DNA of 64,000 nt, from the IMG/VR virus record IMGVR_UViG_3300044991_002272. The stretch is one strand, 5' to 3'. The stretch is from a virus. Below are positions 48,923 through 58,256 of this stretch, piece after piece. The position numbers were made by a program, and so were the translations under genes. The notes below the pieces were generated by a model. That model was not told the DNA's origin. It made no database searches and saw nothing but the letters and a program-made list of their open reading frames with translations. Numbering within the stretch: position 1 is the first letter of the stretch; each line of letters starts with the position of its first letter.

Positions 48923-49204
48923 CTACCTTTCCATCATCAACGCAAATTGTGTCAAGTCATCCTTGGACCGGAACCAAAACCTCACACATGAGAAATTATG
49001 GATGCTGATGGCATGCCATGACCATCGGCTGCTGCAACTCTCTGCATCAGGAGTGCCAAAAAGCTGTAGCCCCAGTGTTCGGTTTCTTTTCAAAGTAATA
49101 TTGGGCACGTCTAAAACCTCAATCATGTAGGGCCACTGATCAGTGTCACGGGTTTTGAGCAGATTGAGATGGAATTGAATTTGGTCTAGAGCTGTCAGCG
49201 TCAA
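48923..49204 (-). CDS. Small hypothetical protein (F..xD...F.L family)
   Basis: Ends in FWFRSKDDLTQFALM. Confidence 0.6.
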   Translation of the reverse strand: MTLTALDQIQFHLNLLKTRDTDQWPYMIEVLDVPNITLKRNRTLGLQLFGTPDAESCSSRWSWHAISIHNFSCVRFWFRSKDDLTQFALMMER

Positions 49205-49524
49205 TGCATAGTCTCCGGAAAATAATCCTCATCCTCATCCGCCATCAGCAGTTGCAGCTGGTAGAGGTCGCTGAACTCGGGCCAGATGCTGGTGCAACGC
49301 TGGCAGATCTTGTCAGCCCAACCATTTCCCACCACAGGCGCACAGGTCAGCACAGGGGTTTCGCACCGTCCACACCAGCGACGACCGTCATCAAATGTGG
49401 CACCATGTGGGGTAGGCATCTCTCGAAATGCCTCTGCCAGTAGGTCTCTGTCAATCCAATCAGGCGTCAGTGTTGAGCTCATCTTCGATCTCCTTGAGAA
49501 TGGCAGCGTCGTCAACCGACACAA
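49201..49524 (-). CDS. Small hypothetical protein with CxxC pairs (start uncertain)
   Basis: CGRC and CQRC; probable true start at MSSTLT. Confidence 0.55.
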   Translation of the reverse strand: MCRLTTLPFSRRSKMSSTLTPDWIDRDLLAEAFREMPTPHGATFDDGRRWCGRCETPVLTCAPVVGNGWADKICQRCTSIWPEFSDLYQLQLLMADEDEDYFPETMH

Positions 49525-50182
49525 TCAGTGTGTCGCCTGCCAATGTCACATGCTGGCCGCCTGTCAGCATGAGATGAACTCGACTTTCTTCCGTCTTTTC
49601 TCGCACACGCTCCAAGTAAGTGGTGAAACGATCTTCCACCTCAAACTCAAACTTGTCTGCAACATCCATGATGCTCCAGATGCTGCTTTCGTTCACAGGG
49701 CACAACCAAACCTTGCGGGAGGGCTCCCACTGTGCCCGATACTTTTCGCCCTTGTGCTCGCCTCGGACCATTTTCAGCGCAGCCACCAAGTCCGGATTGT
49801 AAGGGAAGTGGAACACCGCAGTCTTCTGTTCGCTGATGATACGCCGCGTATTGTGCGGCCTGCCTTCGAGGTTGCCCACTGCTGCGTTGGGATCCAGCGG
49901 TGCAAGTTTGAACACTGGCTGTTCCAGGAACGCTTTCACAAAGTCCGTCCCACCAATTTGTCGGCGGTATTTGTTCACGAGCTTCAATGCAGCCTGCGCT
50001 TGCTTCAGCGTGAAGGGCCTACCTTGCTGAGCACGATTGGCCAAGCTGTGGCCAAACTCGGTGTCTGCACCCGAAAACCCTTGTTGGTCATGCTGCCTCG
50101 CACCGTCGCACACGCCTGCAAGAGAGCAGATCATGCCTTCCACCGTGTGCGGTGCAGCAGGTTCTACCTTCCAGTTGCTCAT
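49460..50182 (-). CDS. Protein with a HARP-like domain, probable partner of the SNF2 motor
   Basis: CDGA...D..GF...D...G.SLA; FPYNPDLVAALK...AQWEPSRKVW. Confidence 0.6.
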   Translation of the reverse strand: MSNWKVEPAAPHTVEGMICSLAGVCDGARQHDQQGFSGADTEFGHSLANRAQQGRPFTLKQAQAALKLVNKYRRQIGGTDFVKAFLEQPVFKLAPLDPNAAVGNLEGRPHNTRRIISEQKTAVFHFPYNPDLVAALKMVRGEHKGEKYRAQWEPSRKVWLCPVNESSIWSIMDVADKFEFEVEDRFTTYLERVREKTEESRVHLMLTGGQHVTLAGDTLIVSVDDAAILKEIEDELNTDA

Positions 50183-50208
50183 CTACTGTCTCCGTGCTCT
50201 ACCCCGCC

Positions 50209-50236
50209 AATATAGCAGCTTTTGATGGCATGTCAA
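50209..50236 (-). promoter_or_regulatory. Early promoter
   Basis: TTGACA-N16-TATATT. Confidence 0.75.
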
Positions 50237-50240
50237 CCAG

Positions 50241-50417
50241 CTATTGGTAACCCATGATCCAAAGGCTGTAGACACAAGCTGCACCGTAGAGGTATAGAGC
50301 CACTCGCTTCCAGCTCCACTTTCCAATGGAGGTGAAAATATGATACCAAGTGTATAGCCCTGTCCCAAAAAGAACCATTTCGGGCAGGAAAAAACTCAAC
50401 TCGATCAATTGGTTCAT
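50241..50417 (-). CDS. Small membrane protein (58 aa, not in the ORF track)
   Basis: Hand translation MNQLIELSFFLPEMVLFGTGLYTWYHIFTSIGKWSWKRVALYLYGAACVYSLWIMGYQ; start overlaps the upstream stop. Confidence 0.55.
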   Translation of the reverse strand: MNQLIELSFFLPEMVLFGTGLYTWYHIFTSIGKWSWKRVALYLYGAACVYSLWIMGYQ

Positions 50418-50761
50418 CGCATGCTCTTTGGATAGGAGCCCGCAAGGTGCTTCTCCAGCTTTTCATGGCTGATTTCTGGTAGCTCACGCAGAACTCGAAG
50501 TTCGTTCATCAGCTTCAGTATCCGTTCTGATGCCACTCTGTCCAGTGCACCAAACCTCATGAGGAAACCACTTGGAACTTTTGCACCAGGATTTTTCTCG
50601 TGAAAATTCTTCACCCACTGATCTCGAAACCGCAAGCGGGCAAAGATTTCAATATCATCCCTGGTTCGCAGTTCTTCAATTAGCTCTAAGTAGCTGAGAT
50701 CCTGGGCGGATCGGACGGGCAGAGACGGCTGAGTAAACCAACTTTCTATGAAGCCAAACAT
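50414..50761 (-). CDS. Hypothetical protein
   Basis: 115-aa ORF with GAGG RBS. Confidence 0.65.
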   Translation of the reverse strand: MFGFIESWFTQPSLPVRSAQDLSYLELIEELRTRDDIEIFARLRFRDQWVKNFHEKNPGAKVPSGFLMRFGALDRVASERILKLMNELRVLRELPEISHEKLEKHLAGSYPKSMR

Positions 50762-50816
50762 AGTTGCCTCTTTGCGGATTCAAGCGCACTATACAGAGAA
50801 GTGTTTAGATGTCAAC

Positions 50817-51716
50817 CTAAAACTTCCAAGGCACGCTGTCAGTGAACATGTGGAGAAAGATAGCTTGACGCACATAGAGACCATAGCGCATCTGCTTGAA
50901 GTACACGGCCCGGGGATCGCTGTCCAAGCTGCTGGGCAGCTCGTCAACACGCGGCAAAGGGTGCATGATGATGCTGCTGCTCTTGGCCTGTCTCATGTGC
51001 TGAGGAGTGAGCTGATACTTGCCCATCGTGCTTTGTAAATTCGGCGCAATCCGCTCCTTCTGCACACGGGTAACATAGATCACATCCACCTTGTCCACAC
51101 ATTCGTCAATGCTGGTGTAAAGCTTGTCTGTTTCCTCTGTGAGTTCTTGCGGCATCTCCAGACCTGGTGGACTCACCATGTGCAGTCTCACATCATATAG
51201 ACGCAGTAACCTGGTGAGGCTGTGCACAGTTCGACCATGACGCAAGTCACCCATTAGGCACACGTCAATGGGACGAGTCAAGCCCACATGCCGCTGGATG
51301 GTATAGAGGTCTAGGAGAGCTTGTGTGGGATGCTCACCAACTCCATCGCCTGCATTGATGATAGGAACAGGACTTACAGCCGCAGCCCATTGAGCTGCCC
51401 CTTTTTCGGGATGGCGCAACACAATGCAGTCTGAATAGCTGGCCAAAGTGCGAATGGTGTCCTCTAGGTTCTCGCCCTTGCTGACAGAGCTGAAGCTGAC
51501 ATCATTGATGGGAATGACAGCGCCACCTAACCGCACCATGGCTGAATAAAAACTACTGCTGGTGCGTGTGCTGGGCTCGTAGAAGAGGTTAGTACATACC
51601 TTCCCTTGAGCTACTGGTTGGGTGAGGCCCAGTTCAATGCCTTTCACAGTAGTGAATAAGGTGTGTATACTTGTGAGGTCAAACTGATCAATGCTCAGCA
51701 AGTGAGGAAGGGTCAT
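50817..51716 (-). CDS. pyrB: Aspartate carbamoyltransferase catalytic subunit
   Basis: FYEPSTRT, SKGE.L.DT, INAGDG..EHPTQALLD, GDL.HGRTVHSL, VTRVQKER, HPLPR. Confidence 0.96.
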   Translation of the reverse strand: MTLPHLLSIDQFDLTSIHTLFTTVKGIELGLTQPVAQGKVCTNLFYEPSTRTSSSFYSAMVRLGGAVIPINDVSFSSVSKGENLEDTIRTLASYSDCIVLRHPEKGAAQWAAAVSPVPIINAGDGVGEHPTQALLDLYTIQRHVGLTRPIDVCLMGDLRHGRTVHSLTRLLRLYDVRLHMVSPPGLEMPQELTEETDKLYTSIDECVDKVDVIYVTRVQKERIAPNLQSTMGKYQLTPQHMRQAKSSSIIMHPLPRVDELPSSLDSDPRAVYFKQMRYGLYVRQAIFLHMFTDSVPWKF

Positions 51717-51910
51717 ATTGTAATGCTTTCGGTTTGAACATATGGTCCCTTACTGAATGAGTACCAGTCAGGAGCCAAAGGCAAGGTGTTGGCTAAGGTA
51801 GTGGATCTAGCTCTTGTAAGGGCGTCATCCAAGGTGTTGAACAGCAATACGTGAATAAGAGTGGGCTCTAAACCACGCACTGCCTCCCAAATCTCCACAC
51901 GATACTTCAT
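51713..51910 (-). CDS. Small hypothetical protein
   Basis: 65-aa ORF translationally coupled between purM and pyrB. Confidence 0.55.
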   Translation of the reverse strand: MKYRVEIWEAVRGLEPTLIHVLLFNTLDDALTRARSTTLANTLPLAPDWYSFSKGPYVQTESITI

Positions 51911-52905
51911 CGCTTATTGATTACATGCCCAATAAGGTAACAGGCTTGATCTTGCGCCCACAACAGCTCAACTACTTTGCTGGGTTGGTTGGAGATCAAA
52001 CACATGCCCACGCCCATATTGAACACAGAGTGCATTTCAGTGTCTGAGACATTGCCTGCGGTTTGTAGCCAACGAAACACTTCAGGCACAGGACAGCCTC
52101 TGGTTTTTTCAAAATCAAGATCACTTGGCAACACACGCTTGAGATTGCTATACAGGCCTCCACCAGTGATGTGTGCAGCAGCCGTAAGTAGGCCTTTTGT
52201 GTGCAGTTCCAAAATTGTGCTGACATAAAGGGCAGTGGGAGTAGATAACACTTGACCAAAAGTTTTTGTAAGGTCCCAAGGCACAAGCGCATCAAGACTT
52301 GTGCCACTGTCGTGAAGGATTTTCCTCACGAGGCTGAACCCATTGCTGTGCACTCCGCTGCTGGGCAGAGCAATTACTGCATCACCTACAGAAACATTTT
52401 TTGGAAGCAGCCTGTTGCGCTCTACAGCACCCACAGCGAATCCAGCCAAATCAAAATCGCCTGGGCTGTAGACTCCTGGCATTTCTGCTGTTTCACCGCC
52501 CACTAGTGCACAACCAGATGTTCTGCAAGCTTCTGCAATGCCCTCAATGATATCAACATGCGTAGAGGGATCCAGCTTGCTCACAGCCAGATAGTCCAAG
52601 AAATAAAGTGGCGTTGCACCTGTTGTCACAAGGTCATTCACACACATAGCAACTAGGTCTTGCCCCAAGCCTTGAAGGCGTGTGCCTGCCTCTTTGACAA
52701 GTGACAGCTTTGTTCCCACGCCATCAGTTGTGCTAACCAGCAAGGGGTCACGCATGCCCAAGCTGCCGATGTCAAACACTGCGCCAAAGCCGCCTATTGT
52801 GCCCAACACGCCCTTTCGGTGTGTGGATTGGGCCAAAGGCCTTATTTGGTCAACAAACTCTTCTCCAGCAGTTATGTTAACGCCAGCTTCTTGATATGTG
52901 CTCAT
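51907..52905 (-). CDS. purM: Phosphoribosylformylglycinamidine cyclo-ligase (AIR synthetase)
   Basis: Y..AGV.I..G, TDGVGTK, DLVAMCVND, GGETAEMPG, SSG.HSNGFSL, AHITGGG, FNMG.G. Confidence 0.96.
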   Translation of the reverse strand: MSTYQEAGVNITAGEEFVDQIRPLAQSTHRKGVLGTIGGFGAVFDIGSLGMRDPLLVSTTDGVGTKLSLVKEAGTRLQGLGQDLVAMCVNDLVTTGATPLYFLDYLAVSKLDPSTHVDIIEGIAEACRTSGCALVGGETAEMPGVYSPGDFDLAGFAVGAVERNRLLPKNVSVGDAVIALPSSGVHSNGFSLVRKILHDSGTSLDALVPWDLTKTFGQVLSTPTALYVSTILELHTKGLLTAAAHITGGGLYSNLKRVLPSDLDFEKTRGCPVPEVFRWLQTAGNVSDTEMHSVFNMGVGMCLISNQPSKVVELLWAQDQACYLIGHVINKR

Positions 52906-52936
52906 AGGTCAAGTATGCGATCTTATCAAGCTTGCG

Positions 52937-53338
52937 TCAAACAGTTTGCCCCATGGGAACATAAGCCAAGATGCTTACACTAGCCTCCTTGGCAGCTTGC
53001 GCTCTGTGGTTGCCGTCAACCACACTGCCATTGGGCCCCATAATCACTGGATCCACTTGCTCTCCGCGCTCTAGTTTGATGGTGAGCTGTTTCACAAGAT
53101 CATCGTCAATATCAATTACACGACTAAAAGGATCATCTGGCACCACATCACCATAGTGATCCGGAAAGTCTTGCGGGTTGATCATTTTTATGCCCCAGTC
53201 TTGACTTTTGATCCAGTTGACCATAGCAGGATTAGTGGGCTCTTCGTGATGCATGCTTTTGTAGAGAGTCAGCATTTCGCTACCAGTTATGCTTTCATTT
53301 AACTGAATTTTTGGCGACAAAAAATCACTTGCTCTCAC
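52937..53338 (-). CDS. ParB/Srx-like protein with late promoter
   Basis: P++......+VDGNHR..AA; TAAATA at ~53364. Confidence 0.7.
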   Translation of the reverse strand: MRASDFLSPKIQLNESITGSEMLTLYKSMHHEEPTNPAMVNWIKSQDWGIKMINPQDFPDHYGDVVPDDPFSRVIDIDDDLVKQLTIKLERGEQVDPVIMGPNGSVVDGNHRAQAAKEASVSILAYVPMGQTV

Positions 53339-53372
53339 TGACCCATCCTTTGTTTGTTCCCCTATTTACTCA

Positions 53373-53462
53373 CAAGAAAGCGGCTGGGTTTACGGGTTCA
53401 TCACCCCACCAGCCGCTTTCTTGGTGTCAAACTGGGTTTACGGGTTCGTCACCCCACCAGTT
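53373..53462 (-). repeat. Two 29-nt direct repeats, each the core of a hairpin
   Basis: CTGGGTTTACGGGTTC(A/G)TCACCCCACCAG at 53384-412 and 53432-460; the first is enclosed by a 15-bp perfect inverted repeat. Confidence 0.9.
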
Positions 53463-53476
53463 CCATATTCCTCTGC

Positions 53477-53959
53477 TTACTCCCCCGCCAGCTCATGCTC
53501 CACATCCACCCCAAACTCCTGGTCAACCGCCCCCATCAGCTGGTTGATGCCCTGCTGCTTAGCAGCCTCTTGAGCCGCACGCTCAGCAGCACGCTTCTCC
53601 CGCTTGCGAGCAGCGTCCCGGGCCCGCTTGGCAGCCAGCTTGCTCATGCTGTTGGGCTGCATCTCGGCCCAATCCTTGGCAGCCTTCTGAGCAGCAGCTT
53701 CCCGCTCAGCAGCCAGGATGGCCTCAATCTTCTTCTTGAGATTCTTGGCCGGCACCACAGCGTCCACGCCCTGGCTGCGCATCCAAGCCACAGCATCAGC
53801 CTTGGTCATGGGCTGCGGGAGGGTCTTGAACTGCACCTCAGTGTGCCCTTCGCGTGCCAGCACAGTCTCACGGTGCTTGATGCTGCCGTTGCTAACGCGG
53901 AAGGTCAGCACGCCCTGGAAGCGGCTAATACCAATGATGTTGAACTGCTTGGTGTTCAT
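53477..53959 (-). CDS. Hypothetical early protein with basic Ala/Arg-rich C-terminal helix
   Basis: G....R..N......L...GHT.+....LP..MTK.DA core; KRARDAARKREKRAAERAA tail; GAGG RBS. Confidence 0.75.
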   Translation of the reverse strand: MNTKQFNIIGISRFQGVLTFRVSNGSIKHRETVLAREGHTEVQFKTLPQPMTKADAVAWMRSQGVDAVVPAKNLKKKIEAILAAEREAAAQKAAKDWAEMQPNSMSKLAAKRARDAARKREKRAAERAAQEAAKQQGINQLMGAVDQEFGVDVEHELAGE

Positions 53960-53994
53960 CGTGTAGCATCCTCTGTTTCGTTGCCTACAACCGC

Positions 53995-54022
53995 ATAATA
54001 GCATCACCATCTCAGCTGTCTA
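53995..54022 (-). promoter_or_regulatory. Early promoter
   Basis: TAGACA-N16-TATTAT. Confidence 0.65.
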
Positions 54023-54052
54023 CCGGTTTTTTCCAGAAAAGATGGATTTCGC

Positions 54053-54766
54053 CTAAAAAATCCATCCAGACGGAAACGTAGTTTGGTTTGGAGGAAGATT
54101 CCACTGGCGCAAAACAGCATCCAGCTTCATGCCAGCATAAGGCCCCAAGAGTCCCAACGCTTGTGGCGTTTTGGTGAAAATAGCATCAAATTCCACAATA
54201 TGCCCATCCCAGTGATCTACATGTGCAAGGCTTTTACACATGAACCCAAACTTATGTAACAGTTCCACGATATCATGTAGTAATTTTTGTTTTTCGTATA
54301 TGGGGTGCAAGTGTGCTCCAAGCTCAATAGCCACAACATTGTGTAGTAGATCTTCAAAGCCCTGCAACACTTGGTATTCATATCCTTGAACATCAATCTT
54401 CAAAACATCTGGCAACGGCACCTTGCCCTGATTATATAAGGTTTTGTATCGTGTTACCGACACTTGCTCTATGTTAGTTATTTCAAAAGCTGGTTTTATA
54501 CTGAAACTATCCAAGAAAGAAAAATTGGGCGTCAATAGACTACAGCATCCCTGGCTTTTGGTGATATACAGCACACCAGTGTGTTCTGCGACGCCCAAGG
54601 CTTCGATCATAATTTGGCAGTTGGCTTGCGTAGGAACGCTTGCTGGATTTGGCTCAAACAAAATTTGGTGTACTTTTGGGTATAGACTGAAATCATATTT
54701 CAAACCACCTAATCCACCTACATCAACATACACTAGATATTCAGGAGGCAATACTTGCATTTTCAA
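54053..54766 (-). CDS. FkbM-like methyltransferase
   Basis: YVDVGG.GG, FEPNP and PDVLKIDVQGYE..VL.G. Confidence 0.8.
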   Translation of the reverse strand: MKMQVLPPEYLVYVDVGGLGGLKYDFSLYPKVHQILFEPNPASVPTQANCQIMIEALGVAEHTGVLYITKSQGCCSLLTPNFSFLDSFSIKPAFEITNIEQVSVTRYKTLYNQGKVPLPDVLKIDVQGYEYQVLQGFEDLLHNVVAIELGAHLHPIYEKQKLLHDIVELLHKFGFMCKSLAHVDHWDGHIVEFDAIFTKTPQALGLLGPYAGMKLDAVLRQWNLPPNQTTFPSGWIF

Positions 54767-55599
54767 ACTCCAGTTTTTTTGAAAAAATCAGGTAAGATTT
54801 TCAAAGGTTGTGCCATATCAATTCTACCATCATTTGTAGGGATGTTCTTGCAGTGGTGTAATTCATGTGAAAAATCCCACTGGTGCAATATAGGTTTGTC
54901 AAAAAAGCTTTGGTAGTTTGTGTGAAACAAGTCCTTAACAGAGTATCTCCAGTGAGCGTCTAGGCCTTGTGCCACTTCTTCTGGAACAAACCGTAGTTGT
55001 TGACTCAGTAACAGTTTGTGACAAGCATACTCAAAATCAACCAGTTTTAGGTGGCAATTGTATAATTGCGGGTGCGGACTGGGTGCTTGCTGAGTCAGGT
55101 GTAAATGGTGTGCCCAATCCCATGGTTGTTTTGTAATTTGGCTCTTGCAGTAGGTTGTGGAAAATCTACCATATTTTCTTTGGGCAAAGAGTGGTTTTGT
55201 CCAGTCAATACCAGATTCTTCATTCAAATGTTGAACAATTTCCAAGCCCAAGGTAGTGTAGACCTGTTGATTATTCTGTTGAAAGAAATCATGTAACCCT
55301 GCATATGTATTCCTACACGGAACAATAATTTCATCTACATCTGCGAAGATTACGAGGTCATAGCCAAGAGTGAACAATAGGCCCTGCATTGCAGTAGCTA
55401 AGTTAAATGGCCGGAAGGCTGAAAAGGTATCAGATCGTGGTACACGCAATGCATTGGGAAAAATATTGTTAACAGGGGATACACTGCCATCGTCAATCAC
55501 ATACAAATTTTCTGCGCCCAATTCCCGGCTGTAATAGTCTAACCAAATGGGTAAAAATTTATCTTCGTTGTAGGTACATGTTATAGCAGCAATTTTCAT
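54763..55599 (-). CDS. Glycosyltransferase family 2-like protein
   Basis: T..YNE..FLP.W..YY, +IDDGS and D+V+FADVDE (DxD). Confidence 0.78.
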   Translation of the reverse strand: MKIAAITCTYNEDKFLPIWLDYYSRELGAENLYVIDDGSVSPVNNIFPNALRVPRSDTFSAFRPFNLATAMQGLLFTLGYDLVIFADVDEIIVPCRNTYAGLHDFFQQNNQQVYTTLGLEIVQHLNEESGIDWTKPLFAQRKYGRFSTTYCKSQITKQPWDWAHHLHLTQQAPSPHPQLYNCHLKLVDFEYACHKLLLSQQLRFVPEEVAQGLDAHWRYSVKDLFHTNYQSFFDKPILHQWDFSHELHHCKNIPTNDGRIDMAQPLKILPDFFKKTGV

Positions 55600-56186
55600 A
55601 AACTTTTCCTCAATTTGTCAGCAACAACTGACAGTGCAATGGGATAAATTTTATGTTCTTGTTCCAATACTCGAACAGCAAGAGTGATTTCTGTGTCGCT
55701 ATCCAGAATGGGCACACGAGCCTGATCTATTACTGGACCAGCATCCAACACTTTTGTAACATAGTGTACCGTGCAACCGTGTTCTTGATCCCCTGCTGCC
55801 AAAGCCCTTTGGTGAGTGTGTAATCCAGGATATTTGGGCAACAAGCTGGGATGAATATTGATAATTCGTTGACTCCATTGTGCAACAAACCACGGAGTCA
55901 AAACCCGCATGTAGCCAGCCAGCGCAACTAGCTCAATCTTTTGTTCCACCAAAAGTTGGTGAATAGCCCCCTCTTGACCTTCCCTATCTTTTTTGTATGC
56001 ACTGTTGGGAAAGATTGCCCATTGCACGCCATGATCTTGTGCTAGTTTCAATCCGCCCGCATCCTCATTGTTACTAACCACCAATTGAATTTGAAAGGGG
56101 CAATGGGGATCATTTTGTGCCTTGAGAAGGCTCAAGAGATTGCTGCCTCGTCCACTGATAAAAACTGCGGTTTTTACCTTAGGCAT
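55596..56186 (-). CDS. purN: Phosphoribosylglycinamide formyltransferase
   Basis: [14 protein letters not shown]+L, NIHPSLLP.+PG, GCTVH.V...LD.GP+I.Q. Confidence 0.96.
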   Translation of the reverse strand: MPKVKTAVFISGRGSNLLSLLKAQNDPHCPFQIQLVVSNNEDAGGLKLAQDHGVQWAIFPNSAYKKDREGQEGAIHQLLVEQKIELVALAGYMRVLTPWFVAQWSQRIINIHPSLLPKYPGLHTHQRALAAGDQEHGCTVHYVTKVLDAGPVIDQARVPILDSDTEITLAVRVLEQEHKIYPIALSVVADKLRKSL

Positions 56187-57120
56187 TGGCCAGCACCTGT
56201 TGGAAATAGGCTATAGTTTTTTGTAGTCCTTGCTCAAGAGGGATTTTTGGCTCCCAACCCAGTATGCTTGTTGCTCTAGTAATGTCAGCTTGACGCTGTT
56301 GTGGATCATCTACAGGCAACGGTAAATTTAAAATCCGGCTAGTGGACCCTGTGAGGCGTTGGATTTGCTCTGCAAGGCTCCTGACTGTTACCTCATGAGG
56401 ATTGCCTAAATTCACAGGTTGTGAGCCAGAAGATGTGGACTCCATCAATGTCAAAATGCCATCAATTAGGTCATCAACATAACAGAAGCTACGTGTTTGG
56501 GTGCCTTCACCATACACACTCAAAGGCAGCCCTTGTAACGCCTGCACAATAAAATTACTAACTACTCTCCCATCATCCACACTCATGCGCGGTCCGTAGG
56601 TGTTGAAGATCCTAGCCACTCGAACGTCAACATTGTGTTGCCGGTTATAGTCCATAAAAAGTGTTTCAGCAGCACGTTTGCCTTCATCGTAACAGGCACG
56701 CGGGCCCAGAGGATTTACATTGCCCCAGTAGGATTCTGGTTGCGGATGAACAAAAGGATCGCCATAAATTTCGCTAGTGCTGGCTTGAAAGATCTTTGCT
56801 TTTGTGCGTTTGGCCAAGCCTAATAGATTATAAGATCCCATAAAACTGGTTTTCATGGTTTGAATAGGATCTTTTTGATAACTTTTGGGACTTGCAGGAC
56901 AGGCAAGATTATAGATTTCATCTACCTCCACATATAAGGGCACACAGACGTCATGACGTATGACCTCAAAATTGGAACTGCTTAACAAATGCTGTATGTT
57001 GGATTTTGATCCAGTAAAATAGTTGTCCACACACAGCACATGGTGTCCTCGGGCCACAAGTCTTTCACACAAGTGGCTGCCCAAAAACCCAGCCCCACCA
57101 GTTACAAGTATTTTCTTCAT
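56179..57120 (-). CDS. UDP-glucuronate decarboxylase (SDR family)
   Basis: [20 protein letters not shown]-like [14 protein letters not shown]+[22 protein letters not shown]...DGRVVSNF. Confidence 0.93.
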   Translation of the reverse strand: MKKILVTGGAGFLGSHLCERLVARGHHVLCVDNYFTGSKSNIQHLLSSSNFEVIRHDVCVPLYVEVDEIYNLACPASPKSYQKDPIQTMKTSFMGSYNLLGLAKRTKAKIFQASTSEIYGDPFVHPQPESYWGNVNPLGPRACYDEGKRAAETLFMDYNRQHNVDVRVARIFNTYGPRMSVDDGRVVSNFIVQALQGLPLSVYGEGTQTRSFCYVDDLIDGILTLMESTSSGSQPVNLGNPHEVTVRSLAEQIQRLTGSTSRILNLPLPVDDPQQRQADITRATSILGWEPKIPLEQGLQKTIAYFQQVLANA

Positions 57121-57172
57121 TCATGTTTCTCCTGCCTTGAGTATAGCAGGAGTCTTGATCAAGACCTAAAAA

Positions 57173-57604
57173 TTATGAGTCTATGCGACAATATACTGGC
57201 CGCACATCAGCCCCTGCTGGAATGGTATAGAGTTGACTTAGGATGTGGATCATCCCCAACACCCTCCGTTGATCGTTCCTACAGTGCACGTTCTCGCGGC
57301 ATCGTTGGGGATTGTTCTCAAAAAAGATCCATTCTATGGGCCGGTTATACCAACCCGTCAGCAAAGTCTCTGCACGCACCCTGGTGCTCTCTCTGCAGAA
57401 GTGAGGATCGGCGATAATGAGATGGTCAAGATGGAATACAGCATGCACTCCTGGCAACTGCCCCAGCTCGGTTATGTCATCTACCGCCCATGCTCTGAGC
57501 GGTGGGTATTGGTCGCTAATCTTGTCCATGAGATGGGTTTTGCCACTGCCGGGCAGGCCAGCGATGCAGGTAATCAGCACTTCCAAACTTCCTGGCACAA
57601 CCAC
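57173..57604 (-). CDS. P-loop (AAA / kinase-like) protein
   Basis: GLPGSGKT Walker A. Confidence 0.7.
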   Translation of the reverse strand: MVVPGSLEVLITCIAGLPGSGKTHLMDKISDQYPPLRAWAVDDITELGQLPGVHAVFHLDHLIIADPHFCRESTRVRAETLLTGWYNRPIEWIFFENNPQRCRENVHCRNDQRRVLGMIHILSQLYTIPAGADVRPVYCRIDS

Positions 57605-57972
57605 TTGTAGAGGTCCTTGAAGGATACAACCTTCTTGCCACGTGTGGTGTAGTTGCTATAATACTCGTAGTCAGTGTAGCTGTCTCGATAAGGAACCTCT
57701 GCAAGTAGCCGGCGATACTGCCGAGCAGTGAGATCCGGGCACACCTCATCCAAGAATTGATCCAGCAGTTCAAGAGAGGGTTCGGGCTCACTGCTTACAC
57801 TGTGCTCAGCACTGTCCCCCCAACAGTTGCCCCCTGTCATCCCACCTGTGATCCATGTGACCTCGTAGTAGAGTTCGGTTCCATGCGGCCACCAAATGCT
57901 GTTCTCTCCCTGCCACTGGTTGATGCTGCTGAACACCAGCCGAATGTAACCGTCAAACTCGTTTCGAGTCAT
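57574..57972 (-). CDS. Hypothetical protein
   Basis: 132-aa ORF with GAGG RBS; W.TGG..GG.CW motif. Confidence 0.7.
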   Translation of the reverse strand: MTRNEFDGYIRLVFSSINQWQGENSIWWPHGTELYYEVTWITGGMTGGNCWGDSAEHSVSSEPEPSLELLDQFLDEVCPDLTARQYRRLLAEVPYRDSYTDYEYYSNYTTRGKKVVSFKDLYKWLCQEVWKC

Positions 57973-58022
57973 GTATGTTTCCTCGCTATCGCAATGCAGG
58001 GTTAAGGCGCATGTTTTCCAAA

Positions 58023-58256
58023 CTAGGCTACGCAGATGAACTCACCAACGCCTAGGCTCACAGTGCTGTAGATCGACACTGATTGGCCTGGATACATCTG
58101 GCCATAGCTGTGTCGCATGATCTCTACCTGACGACGTACTTCTCTCTGAGCACCCCAATGAGTTCGAGCCATCACTGAGAAGTCACTAGTGCCCAACTCT
58201 CGCTGACGATCATCTCTAAAGCTGAGTTTGACCAGCCATAGACGCTTTTCAAACAC
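58023..58256 (-). CDS. Small hypothetical protein
   Basis: GTG start overlapping the upstream stop; start inferred. Confidence 0.45.
   Translation of the reverse strand: MFEKRLWLVKLSFRDDRQRELGTSDFSVMARTHWGAQREVRRQVEIMRHSYGQMYPGQSVSIYSTVSLGVGEFICVA

Noticed and set aside
53384-53460. Direct repeats as a mini-CRISPR array
   Set aside because: Only two copies; the 19-nt spacer is part of the enclosing inverted repeat; no cas genes in the window.
53354-53998. 214-aa plus-strand ORF
   Set aside because: Antisense to a gene with a clear promoter and RBS; it runs through the repeat hairpins.
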